Below, one piece after another: positions 1 through 11,264 of a stretch of 64,000 nucleotides of DNA. The DNA comes from Octopus vulgaris (Eukaryota). The DNA is taken from contig OX597825.1 of NCBI GenBank assembly GCA_951406725.2, positions 83,266,001 to 83,330,000 on the forward strand. Reading direction: 5' to 3'. The number at the start of each line of letters is the position of its first letter. Position 1 is the first letter of the stretch. The notes below the pieces were generated by a model, which was given only the letters and a program-made list of their open reading frames with translations, made no database searches and was not told the origin of the DNA. The position numbers and the translations under genes are program-made.

Positions 1-534
1 TATATATGCATTTAGACATCCGTACGTCTTCAGAAGAAAGAAAAGGTGCAGATAATATGTCTTTGTTATTTAGTGTTGTTTCTTGTGGTTGCCAGAAATT
101 ATATTTTTCTGAACACCTTGCAGTCACATTTCCTGGAAATACAGAAGAAAAAAAAAGAAATAAACTAGAGTTACTTGTTTTCAGGAATTTTTTGTTCTTT
201 AATTTAGAATTCAAATTTTGCGTCTTCTTTCCTATCTTTCACCTAGGCTGTAGGATTGGCAGAACTCTGAAACACTTTTCCATTTATTTGGAATTATATT
301 TTATGTGTGAGATCTTTTTTTTTCTTTTTGCATTAGAAGAGCAAAGTTGTAATAAAACAATCACTTTGGAAGAATTTTACGTTTCCAGCGTCATATCGAC
401 TGTCACAACATAATCACTACACAGAGCCATATGCACATAGACGTATACACATACAAATGCATACAAGTATATACATAGACAGATACACGTGATTATGTAC
501 ATGCGCACATTAACACATACACCTACACAATGTA

Positions 535-674
535 AGTATATATATAGATATATGTGTGTATAAATGCATATATATACATATATATATACATATACATATA
601 CATATATATCTATCTATATATATGTATATATATACATACATATATGTACATGCATACATACGCATACGCATGTA

Positions 675-738
<64 letters not shown>

Positions 739-886
739 CATACACGTACATTTTCCTTTTCATCAATTTTAATAATTTGCTTCTTCATGTAATGACTGAT
801 ATTATTACAAACTCTCCTCTATCTTTTGAACACACACACGCACACGCACACACCAATACACACGTATACACACACACACAGACACA

Positions 887-936
<50 letters not shown>

Positions 937-983
937 CATATATATGTGTGTGTTTGTATATATATGTATATGTATGCATATGT

Positions 984-1018
<35 letters not shown>

Positions 1019-1060
1019 TATATATACATATATACATGTGTGTGTGTGTGTATGTATATA
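535..1060. repeat. Compound (TA)n/(CA)n/(TG)n microsatellite region
   Basis: Dinucleotide runs seen directly; explains the YIYI/THTH ORFs. Confidence 0.95.
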
Positions 1061-1389
1061 AGGTGGAGAGATACAGCTGTTGAATGCGAAAGAGAGGAGC
1101 ACGCGGCAGCCAAAATGGCGTCATTTTACTTTAAAACCAAGTAGTATTTTGAGATGACTAAATGTTAATTATTTCATGTCTATTTTAATTGCGTATTATT
1201 CAATACAGATATATGGATATACGAATATGATTTTTATTACGCTCTGCCAGATTATGTAACTTTAAACAAGAATTAACATTACCATAAAAAGACAACAAGT
1301 AAATCAGTTTATGAATGTCGGATATATTACTCAGAAATGGAAAAGTATGTTTCTCTAAAAAGACGATGTATTCGCATTCTCTGCACCTA
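1060..1389. mobile_element. Possible Kolobok-like non-autonomous DNA transposon relic
   Basis: Short imperfect terminal inverted repeats AGGTGGAGAG ... CTCTGCACCT, internal CAAAATGGCG motif, microsatellites on both sides. No clean TTAA duplication. Confidence 0.35.
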
Positions 1390-1412
1390 GGCTGTGAAAT
1401 TTCCAATATACA

Positions 1413-1444
<32 letters not shown>

Positions 1445-1450
1445 CATATA

Positions 1451-1692
1451 TGCCATGTTGGATCGTTAGCCCCTACACGGAATTTTTTTCTTTCCTTGTT
1501 TCTCTCCTTGTTTCTTTTCTGTGTATCTTTCTGTTGAAGAGCGTAGGCTCGAAACGTAAAAGACTTGTTTTATTTCTATTCCTGAGCGCCATACTAATAC
1601 ATTGTTTGTTTGTACTCCACCTGCCTTCGTCTCTTGTTTATTTTTGTAAACCTGCCTTCGTCTTTTGTTTATTTTCGTAAACCTTCCCGTTA
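1451..1692 (+). mobile_element. Penelope-like element remnant (pLTR-type) with minimal hammerhead, copy 1
   Basis: Closely similar to 16043-16241, sits in (TA)n-rich DNA, T-rich, carries the hammerhead-like motif at 1526-1563 and an internal 31-bp tandem duplication (about 1620-1681). Confidence 0.7.
1526..1563 (+). ncRNA. Minimal type I hammerhead ribozyme-like motif (variant core)
   Basis: TCTTT-CTGTTGA-A-GAGC(GTAG)GCTC-GAA-ACGT-A-AAAGA: stem I TCTTT/AAAGA, stem II GAGC/GCTC, palindromic stem III ACGT, GUA cleavage triplet. A6 is replaced by U. Confidence 0.65.
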
Positions 1693-1759
1693 CATACATA
1701 TATATATATCATATTATATTCTATATATGTATATATTTACACATACATCCACACACACA

Positions 1760-1900
1760 ACTAGCTTCTTTCAGTTTCCCTCTGCCAAATCCACTCACAA
1801 GGCTTTGGTCGACTCGAGAATATAGTAGAAGTCACTTGCCAAAAACGCTGGGAAGTAGGACGGAACCTGGAAACACGTGTTCATGAAGCAAGTTATTGCT
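1760..1900 (-). mobile_element. tRNA-headed SINE family B, decayed 5' fragment
   Basis: Reverse-complement match to 26534-26700 (aaatccactcacaaggctttggtcg). Confidence 0.8.
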
Positions 1901-2683
1901 CTTTAGTTTGACATATTTCCCGTTGCTGCCGTAACTTGTCCAATTTAACGTTCCGTCTATACAAACCGTCTTTTGCTATACTTCTCTCATTCTCTCCGTG
2001 GTTTTTACTCATGCATTTCACAGCAGTATTTTGCGAATGATGTTATTTAATAGTGCAACAGTGTCGAGGAGTCCTCGAAATTGTAATGATTCTTGGTCGA
2101 TAACTGACGATGGGTGATCGTATCTACGTCCTTAGCCCGCGTGTGATTTTCTTTCGTGCTTTATATATGCTCCTTCGTCATCCTTCTGTATAAATAGGGA
2201 ATGTGTGTGTATAATGCGTGTGTTGGGGCTGGCGTAAATGTCAGTGCCTGCCGCGTTCAAGTAGCTTTTGCAATACAAACAGTATTCTGGCATAAGACAC
2301 AGCACTTCGCTATAGCATATTTTCTTTAAGAGACATCAATCAATTGTTATTAAATATTATTTCACGTTTCCAGGTTTACCATCTTTGTTGGCAATGTCTC
2401 TGAATATTCACATAACAATTTGTTTTAATCATTTTTATCTATGGATATGACCATAAGACTTCAGTTATACGATTTCATTTTGCAAACATAAATAAAGATA
2501 TATGCTAAAGCGTATACATGTCAATCTAATCAGAAAAATTATTGATATGAGTAGTTAGTATTTGATATTCAATGTTGACCGATTCGTACTCAATGGAAGG
2601 AAAGATATCATTGTGTTGAACAAGGCTTTTGTAATTATTAACAATGTTTACTTATGTTTAATGATAAGAGCCAGAAACTACTT

Positions 2684-2753
<70 letters not shown>

Positions 2754-3004
2754 AAGTGTACATATATATATTGTGTGTGCCTGCGTTTGTGTGTATGTTT
2801 CTATGTGCGTCCATTTATTTAGACTTCAGCATACACTGACACACATATGAGCGTAAGCTTATGAGTTTAGCTGTACGACAATAATGAGCATGACCCACAT
2901 ACAGTGTCACATCCTATAAACATACACACACACACACAGAAGCGCATACATACATATATAAATTTACAAGTACACGTTCTTTTACTACTCTAGGCACAAT
3001 TTTT

Positions 3005-3177
3005 GGCCATGCTGGATCACTGCCTTTGGTCGTAAAAATCGACCCCAGGTCTTATTCTCTGTAAGCCTAGTACTTATTCTATCGGTCTCTTTTGCGGAAC
3101 CGCTAAGTTACGGGGACTGTTGTCGAGTGGTGGGATGACAAACACAGTCACACACACACATACACACATACACACAA

Positions 3178-3239
<62 letters not shown>

Positions 3240-3410
3240 ATGTATAGGACAGCTACTTACTGTTTCCTTCGACGAAATTCGCTCACAAGGCTTTGGTCAG
3301 ACTGGGATTATAGTAAAATACACTTACCCAAGGTGCTACAGAGTGGGACTGCAACCTGGGACCATGTGGCTGGGAAGCAAGCTACTTACCACACAGACAG
3401 TCATACGCCT
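3005..3410 (-). mobile_element. SINE family B with internal microsatellite
   Basis: Both halves match the reverse complement of 26534-26937. Confidence 0.85.
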
Positions 3411-3414
3411 ATAC

Positions 3415-3462
<48 letters not shown>

Positions 3463-3673
3463 ACAAACATATATACTTACATCCATGCATACATATATTC
3501 AGATATGTCTTTTATAAATACTTACATAATAGAAACAAACATATACAGACACATAAATTTTGTTTACATTTCATTTATGAACTCTTATTGTCATCCAATG
3601 AGATATTCGAAATGGTGACATCGAATTTGTTGACATAATTGCAAGGCAAACAGAAAAATTGAACAAGAACATT

Positions 3674-4063
3674 GGATTGGAAGCACTCCGTCGGTTACGA
3701 CGACGAGGGTTCCGGTTGATCCGAATCAACGGAACAGCCTGCTCGTGAAATTAACGTGTAAGTGGCTGAGCACTCCACAGACACGTGTACCCTTAACGTA
3801 GTTCTCGGGGATATTCAGCGTGACACATAGAGTGACAAGGCCGGCCCTTTGAAATACAGGTACAACAGAAACAGGTAGTAAGAGTGAGAGAAAGTTGTGG
3901 TGAAAGAGTACAGCAGGGATCATCACCATCCCCTGCCGGAGCCTCGTGGAGCTTTAGGTGTTTTTGCTCAATAAACACTCACAACGCCCGGTCTGGGAAT
4001 CGAAACCGCGATCCTATGACCGCGAGTCCGCTGCCCTAACCACTGGGCCATTGTGCCTCCACT
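3674..4063 (-). mobile_element. Full-length tRNA-derived SINE family C1
   Basis: Minus strand has A box TGGCCCAGTGG and B box GGTTTCGATTCCC; flanked by the target-site duplication ACAAGAACATT. Confidence 0.9.
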
Positions 4064-4149
4064 ACAAGAACATTATGATATAGAAGAAACCTTAATTCTT
4101 TATGCTTAATTTGGATATCATAGATATTTTGGGTTCGAGCTGGTAAAAA

Positions 4150-4402
4150 GGCGGTGAGCTGGCAGAGAAAGCGGCGAACTGGCAGAAACCTTAGCACGCC
4201 GGGTTAAATGCATAGCCGTATTTCGTTTGCCGTTACATTCTGAGTTCAAATTCCGCCGAGGTCGACTTTGCTTTTCATCGTTTCAGGGTCGATTAAATAA
4301 GTACCAGTTACGCCACTGGGGTCGATGTAATCGACTTAAACCGTGTGTCTGTCCTTGTTTGTCCTCTCTGTGTTTAGCCCCTTGTGTGTAGTAAAGAAAT
4401 AG
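4150..4402 (+). mobile_element. SINE family A (tRNA-like head; central domain resembling MetaSINE-type domains)
   Basis: GGCGGTGAGCTGGCAG...GAGTTCAAATTCC...GACTTTGCTTTTCATCG...AAGTACCAG. About 15 copies or fragments in the window. Flanking repeat GGATA(T/C)CATAGATATTTTGGGTT. Confidence 0.9.
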
Positions 4403-4489
4403 GATACCATAGATATTTTGGGTTATTATTGGTCTAGACCATGTTTAACGTATTAACTCCACCTAGAATAGTTTCTTTATGACATGTCT

Positions 4490-4830
4490 GAGAACTTAGT
4501 AGAGTACAGAGTTGTTATCTGGAGCGAGGAATCCGGGAATCGGTGATTCTTTTGGTATCTTGTGGAGTAATTTTACTTTGACATTTGAAGGTACAATATT
4601 GAACAATGCAAGAACAAATAAAGAATTTTCATGCAATGTTGTTTTGCGATACGAGCTCTTTTATTGTACGAGTGCTTGTGTAGGATGTGGCCCAAACTTT
4701 TATTTCGTGAACTTGATACGGGTGTCATTTATATGGCGATGATTGAATACTTTCCACCATGCACAAATATTGCAGCCGTCACCGCGGTGTTGGAGACAAT
4801 TGGAGTTTGAGATTAATTATAAAACCGCTT
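4490..4830 (-). mobile_element. CR1/L2-like LINE 3' ORF2 fragment, decayed
   Basis: Minus-strand translation across frameshifts: LQHR..WWKVF..NDTRIKF..FGP..ENSLFVLALFNIVP..IPKESPIPGFLAPDNNSVL, typical of CR1-clade C-termini. Confidence 0.7.
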
Positions 4831-5651
4831 GTTTATTTACTTACTTTATTTCTCAGCTGTTGAAAAAATTATGTTTTTCTTATTTGCACTTAATTATTCT
4901 ACATTTTCACTCTTTTTCTCTCATCCCCCCCTCTCCGTTTTTGTTTACCAATTTTCTAAATCAGTATTTAATTTGTTTACATTCCCGTGAGTGAGATGTC
5001 TGCGGCAGATATGTCGTACGTATTCCCACAATATTTGACATTTAATAGGTGGTTAATTGAATTACGGTTCTGCCTTCGTTAATGTCGCATTGCAGCTGCC
5101 GATATTTACTCAATATCATAATTAGTTTCATCCTGTAAAAATAATTCAAACAAACAGTTTTTACATAAAATGATTTATAACATTTCATTTCCCTTTTCAT
5201 TGATTTTCCATTTCATTATGTTGGTTGAATTGCTCCCTTGTGCTAAAATAATCTAATTTAATCCAGTCTTTTATAAAGTTCCGAACGAAATTATAATTCG
5301 GATTTCAATAGACAATTGCTGACAACGTTAATCGGTCGATTTGCTATAGACTAGTGACTTTGTAAAAACCATTTGACAATAGACACGACTGACAAATTTA
5401 AACATTTGCCAGTATGCTGCTGACTACGTTAAACGTTTGCCAATATACTGCGGTGTTAAACGATTAAGAATGGTTCTACTGCTACTACTACAAAGTCCAC
5501 TTCAGCGCGATGTAAAGGGTTTCCACGTAGCCAAGTGCTTTATCTTTGAATATGTCCGTGTTGTTTCTCCTCTCTCTCTCTCTTTCTTTCTCTTTCTCTC
5601 CCTCTCTCCCCCATCCTCTCATTTTTTCTCTTTGTCTATAATACTCTATAT

Positions 5652-6065
5652 GTTTCTTTATTACCCACAAGGGGCTAAACACAGAGAGGACAAACAAGGA
5701 CAGACAAATGGATTTAGTCGATTACATCGACCCCAGTGCGCAACTGATACTTAATTTATCGACCCCGAAAGGATGAAAGGCAAAGTCGACCTCGGCGGAA
5801 TTTGAACTCAGAACGTAGCAGCAGACGAAATACCTATTTCTTTATTACCCACAAGGAGCTAAGCATAGCGGGGAAAAACAAGGACAGATAAACGGATTAA
5901 GTCGATTACATCGACCCCAGTGCGTAACTGATACTTAATTTATCGACCCCGAAAGGATGAAAGGCAAAGTCAACTTCGGCGGAATTTGAACTCAGAACGT
6001 AGCGACGGGCGAAATACCGCGAAGCACTTCGCTCGGCGTGCTAATGGTTCTGCCAGCTCGCCGCC
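5652..6065 (-). mobile_element. SINE family A with tandem duplication of its 3' 184 bp
   Basis: Two units with period 184; 20-bp target-site duplication TTGTCTATAATACTCTATAT at 5632-5651 and 6066-6085. Confidence 0.92.
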
Positions 6066-6152
6066 TTGTCTATAATACTCTATATCCTTCTCATTCTCCC
6101 TCTCTGTGATGACCCCACCTTTGTAGGTCTTGTTTAACCTCTTCGACTTAAA

Positions 6153-6337
6153 ATAATATTACGAGAGGCAGCGAGACGGCTTAGTCGTCTCCTACGGATC
6201 GAACTAAGGAGGATATCATGGGAGACAGCGCAGCAGAAGCTAGAAGCTTCTAAGCACCGGTCCGCTGTCTTACATAATATCCTAGTTAGTTCGATACGTA
6301 GACAATAACCGAAACATCACCATCACGTAACATAATC
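6153..6337. repeat. Imperfect ~185-bp inverted repeat (long hairpin)
   Basis: Core arms 6192-6230 and 6263-6301 match at 33/39 positions; inner stem AGAAGCT/AGCTTCT; weaker outer extension. Confidence 0.8.
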
Positions 6338-6910
6338 CTTCAGAGTGTGGCTTTCAGTAAAAAGACGGGTGTCTTTCTTTCCTTTAATTTTTTTATACCT
6401 TAATTTATTTTCCCCAACAATGGGGAAACTTCCAGAAACATGGATTACCAGTAAAAAGTTCTCCGCCAGATAAAAAGATAAAAGCAGTGCATAATAGTAG
6501 TGAATAGATGATATGTAATTATGTAATGTATAATGGAGAATGGTGTACTGGAGGGTAAGCCCTTACCTCTTCTATTATTCATATAGGTAAAGACTCTGTA
6601 AATGAGACATGCCGGGCGAGAAAGAGAGGACTAATTATATGGGTGAACAGATTAATGTGAAATTAGGAAATTCTGACGGACACTAAGCTAAAAGAAAAGG
6701 ATTTATCGATAATAATTATTTAAGATATTTGATACTATTTCAGCCCCCTAGCCTGTAAACTGGGCAGCCTCCTACTGTCAGGTTTGTTATTCAGTGCTTC
6801 CTCGCAACTGAATAAGAATTGAGAACAGTATGTACAATAATTTCGTGTCTGGTTTAGACCCCCGTGTAGTCGCGTGCATTCACATGTACCTTTTTCGACC
6901 AGTTGTACTG

Positions 6911-6971
6911 GTTTTAAGGTTTTAGGGTTAGGGTTATAGGATTAGGGTAAGGGTTAAGGCTTTAGGGTTAG
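6911..6971 (+). repeat. Degenerate interstitial (TTAGGG)n-like tract
   Basis: ggttttaaggttttagggttagggttataggattagggtaagggttaaggctttagggttag. Confidence 0.8.
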
Positions 6972-7263
6972 TTGGTTGAAATTACCGAAATAAGAGGAGT
7001 TTAACGTGAAATAACTTCGTAAATATAAGCTTTTCTCATATACGCTACGAGTAAAATATGTTTTATATGACACATTCTGCCAGTGTCCGAAGTTTGAAAG
7101 TGTTTAGTTACAGAAAAATTATTTTTAAAAATCTGTCGGTCAAAAGATAAAGATCCGATCGTTCTTCTTAATTTGTCCGTTGTTTCTAATCGAACGCTCA
7201 TTAGAATCTCACGGAAACATTCAAGCTGCAGGTCATTAAGATTGAACCTAGAACTATAGAAAT

Positions 7264-7462
7264 TCAGGCCCAAATACTGCACCGGCTTTATATTCATGCT
7301 GGCCATATCTGGCTTCGCACACTCACCCTACAATGCTGTTCTGAAAGTAAACAAACGTGTCATTGAAATTTCAAAGCTACAATGAAATGCGTGATTAATT
7401 CAAAACAATTTGATTACATAAGCGTTACGTTTGATAGAATAGTCAGAAGGCGACAGGGTTAA
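7264..7462. mobile_element. piggyBac-type non-autonomous element fragment
   Basis: Ends in GGG|TTAA, the piggyBac terminus plus target site; the other end is not found. Confidence 0.45.
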
Positions 7463-7659
7463 GCTTCCGGTCATAAAGTTTGTAGAAGCCATCACGATTG
7501 CTTCACTGCGGTGCGTTTTGGAAGATAAAAGGGAAACGTACAGCCGTGATGGTGACGTCACGCATCTAACGCCGAAGGTATTGTTTAATATATCAACGGC
7601 TGTGATCTCATGGGAGTTGATGTTTAATGCTGCTGGTAATGGTGTACTTGATGACGTTA

Positions 7660-7868
7660 ATGATGGTGATGATGATGATGATGGTGGTGGTGATGGTGAT
7701 GATGATGATGACGACGACGATGATGATAATGATGATGATGATGATGATGATGTTGATGATCATGATTATGATTATGATGATCATGATGCTGTTGTTGATG
7801 ATGCTGTTGCTGATGATGATGACGACGATGATGATGATGATGATGACGACGACGACGACGACGACGAC

Positions 7869-7900
<32 letters not shown>

Positions 7901-8005
7901 CGATGATGATGTTGACGATGACGATGACGATCATGGTGAAGTTGTTCTTGGTAGTGGCAGTAGTGATGGCGGTGTTGGTGGTGATGGTGGTAACCTGATG
8001 ATAAT
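7660..8005. repeat. (GAT/GAC/GGT)n trinucleotide microsatellite
   Basis: Seen directly; source of the poly-D/M/I ORFs. Confidence 0.95.
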
Positions 8006-8504
8006 AATGTATGTGTATTTTTTTTTAATGCTTCTTCAACTTAGCGATTAATTTGTCGTTGATGAAATTTCTGATTGATAATTGCTACAATAAATAAAGT
8101 ATTATTCGATTAGCGCCTTTGAGCTTCCAACGATGGATAATGAAAAGTGACAGGAAATATAGAATATAGATCGAACGTTATCAACTGAACCTGAAAAATT
8201 GCTCGCAGATACGCGGTGTGTTATATAAATCTGCCAATTTAATGTATCCCTAAAGCATGAAACTATTAGCAAATATTTTGTAATTGTTTATATTAAATCT
8301 CGTGTGTGTGTGTGCATGTGTGTGTATGTACAGGTGGATGAGTTTAACAGGTTGAACACCAGTGTAAATACCTACGTCAAATAAAATTTATTAGATAGGT
8401 AAAGTGAATACATAGCATGGTAGATCACTACTATCCACGCGAGATTCCAGGAGTGCCGAGAAGAACTGAGTTTGGGTTATTATTATTGCTAATAACAATA
8501 ATAA

Positions 8505-9180
8505 TAATCCAAACATGGATTGAAAATTTTGGGGACCCAAAGCAGAGATTGCTCCCTACCAAAAAGCACGAAAAATACATAAGGAAAATATAATATGTGT
8601 AAAAGCAGAATGTGTGGTGATGAGGGAAGAAACGGTGACTCATATTGTCTCTGGCCGCCTAGTCCTGGCTAAGAGAGATATATCTATAGACATGAGAGGG
8701 TTGGGACCTGTATACACTGGAATCAGTACTAGTTCTTTGGAATGACAACAGAAATAAATGGTATACATATGTCCCAGGAAAGGTCTCAGACAACGACAAA
8801 CTAGATCTACTGTGGGATATGTTAATACAGACATATAGACAGTTCAAAGCAAATAGGCCAGGTGTTGTGGACAAGGACCACCATAAAAGAAAATTATTCC
8901 TATTCTACATATCAACCCCAAAATATAGCAATACGAGGGGTTTCTAAGAAAAAACCGGTATTTTGCAATATTACTTTATTCATTTAATTTCACATGTTTT
9001 CATTTTTACCGCTTTCAGTATATTCTCAATTTTAAGCAATGCATCGGCCTGTTAGAGGAAACAGAAAATTTCGATACACGAAGATCTGGAAACAGAAATA
9101 ATCCGTGTAAAAGGGTGTATTAGGTACAGCAAAAAGACTTACATACAAATGCTTAATTAAATACGTGAACTAATGAATAT
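8505..9180 (+). mobile_element. R4/Dong-like non-LTR retrotransposon 3' fragment (CCHC finger + restriction-like endonuclease), decayed and interrupted
   Basis: Translation across frameshifts: RMCG..ETVTHIVSG..LAKR..RHERVGTCIHWN..KWYTYVPGKVSDNDKLDLLWDMLIQT..ANRPGVV..ISTP. Begins after a (TAA)n tract. Confidence 0.85.
8931..9050 (-). mobile_element. Mariner-like right-end fragment nested in the R4/Dong relic
   Basis: TACGAGGGG terminal-repeat start; the minus strand reads RCIA...EYTE-like transposase C-terminus. Confidence 0.55.
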
Positions 9181-9185
9181 GCAAT

Positions 9186-9468
9186 TGTTTGGGGTTTGGA
9201 TAATTCCCCTTTGGAAACATGAATGCTTTGTTCAACATACATAAACAACCCTTATTCACTGACCTTTTCAGCGGGATGGGCTACTCGACCCGAAGAAAAA
9301 CCTAACTGGGGCCCCACCCGCAAGATTGTCCTCTTTACCGCACATATATGGTTGTGATGCATGTGTCTGGTGTACCCTTATTAGACGGGGTAGTCATGAT
9401 GGGTATACTGGGCTTCGTATATTTTACCCCAGTGTCACTTTCATGGCATGCACTGCTCTCTCATTCAT
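9186..9468. mobile_element. Interspersed repeat of unknown class next to (ATT)n, copy 1
   Basis: 9186-9325 aligns with 58936-59070 (aaacaacccttattca...tactcgacccgaagaaaa...taactggg). Confidence 0.75.
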
Positions 9469-9469
9469 A

Positions 9470-9516
9470 ATTATTTTTATTTTATTATTACTGTTATCAT
9501 TATTATTATACTTATC

Positions 9517-9564
<48 letters not shown>

Positions 9565-9670
9565 GTTGTAGTTGTTATTGTTATTATTATTATTTTTATT
9601 ATAATCAATATTAATATTGTTATTATCATTATTATTATTATTATCTTCACCATCATTAGCAATGTTATAT
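9470..9670. repeat. (ATT)n microsatellite
   Basis: Seen directly. Confidence 0.95.
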
Positions 9671-10239
9671 AATATTTTTTACTTACTATTAACACTCTAG
9701 CTAGTTTATGAATCACAAGATCTTAAGCCCTTAATCTGACAGGTGGGCTGGAGTATATTTAAGAGTATTTTGCGAACACCCTTTCTACAATATCAGAATT
9801 TAATTATTAGCAAGTATCTGATAAAGCACATCACATAATTGTTCTCAAATAATTTAGGACATTCGTGTAAAACGTACCGATAATGGTACTTTCTTATAAC
9901 AGTCACTAACAATAAAACCGTAGTACTTGGGATATTATACGACTTAAATGTAGTATGGCTTGGCACTTGTATAACTTGACAATCGGCTGATTACGGTTTG
10001 TTAATTATTTATGGCTGTTGTTGTTATTAATGTTGACTTGACGTTAGTAAGGATTGCTTTCGTGGGCGCTGCTTTGAAAATTCAACTTGAATTCAGCGAT
10101 TTTAATGGAAACTGACTGAAAGTAGTGTTCAGAGATGAAAGGAAAGCGTACAGCCTTGGTGACGTCATCGTTTAAGAGATGACGAACATAGAGTTCATGC
10201 ATCAACTGCTATGATGTCATTGGAGTTCGTTTTAATAAT

Positions 10240-10800
10240 AGTGTTGATGGTGAAGGTGATGATGATAATAATGATGATGATAACAACGACGACTACGGCG
10301 GCGAGGATGACGACAATGGCGACAATGAACCAGGGAGATGAGAGGGATGGCGATAATAATGGTGGCAGTAGCAGTGATGGATGATGAGGATGTGGAGGAG
10401 AATGAGGATAATGAAGCTGACGACCATCATGGCCACGACGATGGCGATAATAGCTGTAAGTACTAGTGGCGGTGGTGGTGATGGTGATGATAGTTTTAGT
10501 GGTCACGATGATGATGATGAACATGTCATTTCTACTATCATCTTCATCGTCAACATCATCAGCTGAATCACTTTCACTTTCGTCATCCCCATGTGGCCGA
10601 TGGCGCCAATGACTGACTTAGGTGGAGGTGATGTCGATGATGATGCTGATGAAAAAGAGGAGGACGATGATAGTGAATGTGTTGTTGTTGATGATGCTGA
10701 CATTCCCCGATGACGACATCAATGACGATGATAATGATGGTAGTGATTGTGGCTATGATGACGCTGACGGTGATGGTTGTGACGATGATGATGAAAATAC
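10240..10800. repeat. Degenerate GAT-rich low-complexity tract
   Basis: Seen directly; includes a short CAT-oriented patch at about 10535-10590. Confidence 0.85.
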
Positions 10801-10902
10801 TAATGAGTCAATGGATAAGGTTATTTTCGCTGGTCCTTCATCTTAAATTTTACGATGATGGAGAAAAGGCTATGGCTTTGTTAATATCATTTCACAGTCC
10901 GC

Positions 10903-11230
10903 AGAGGTCGACTTTGCCTTTCAGACTTTCGAATTTGATAAGTTAAGTACCAGGTACGTACTGGGGTCGATCTAATCGACTAGCTCCCTCCCCAAAAACT
11001 ATGGGGGATATCATTTCACAGTATCGTTAGCGAGTTAAACAAAAAGACTCTGCGGTATTTCTACTCCTACAATGCACCTGTACATCAGTGTACATCAACT
11101 GGCTAAATGTACGAATGTGGGCTCAAAAGTTCACAGTCCTAGCATCACTTGCAAGAAATAATTTCGACCGCATTATTTCTGTCCAGGTAAACTAACATCT
11201 GACTGCTCGAAGAATGCTTCAAAACTTAAT

Positions 11231-11264
<34 letters not shown>

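Noticed and set aside
1-36. Minus-strand CTGAAGA..TAAATGCATA hammerhead-like motif
   Set aside because: G12 is missing and stem I is cut off by the window edge.
510-1124. Many overlapping ORFs rich in YI/TH/CV, here and throughout the window
   Set aside because: They are translations of stop-free dinucleotide microsatellites.
7518-8051. 177-aa poly-Asp ORF resembling an acidic biomineralisation protein
   Set aside because: All frames are open because of (GAT)n, the start is TTG, there is no signal peptide, and the paralogous module at 10130 lacks the frame.
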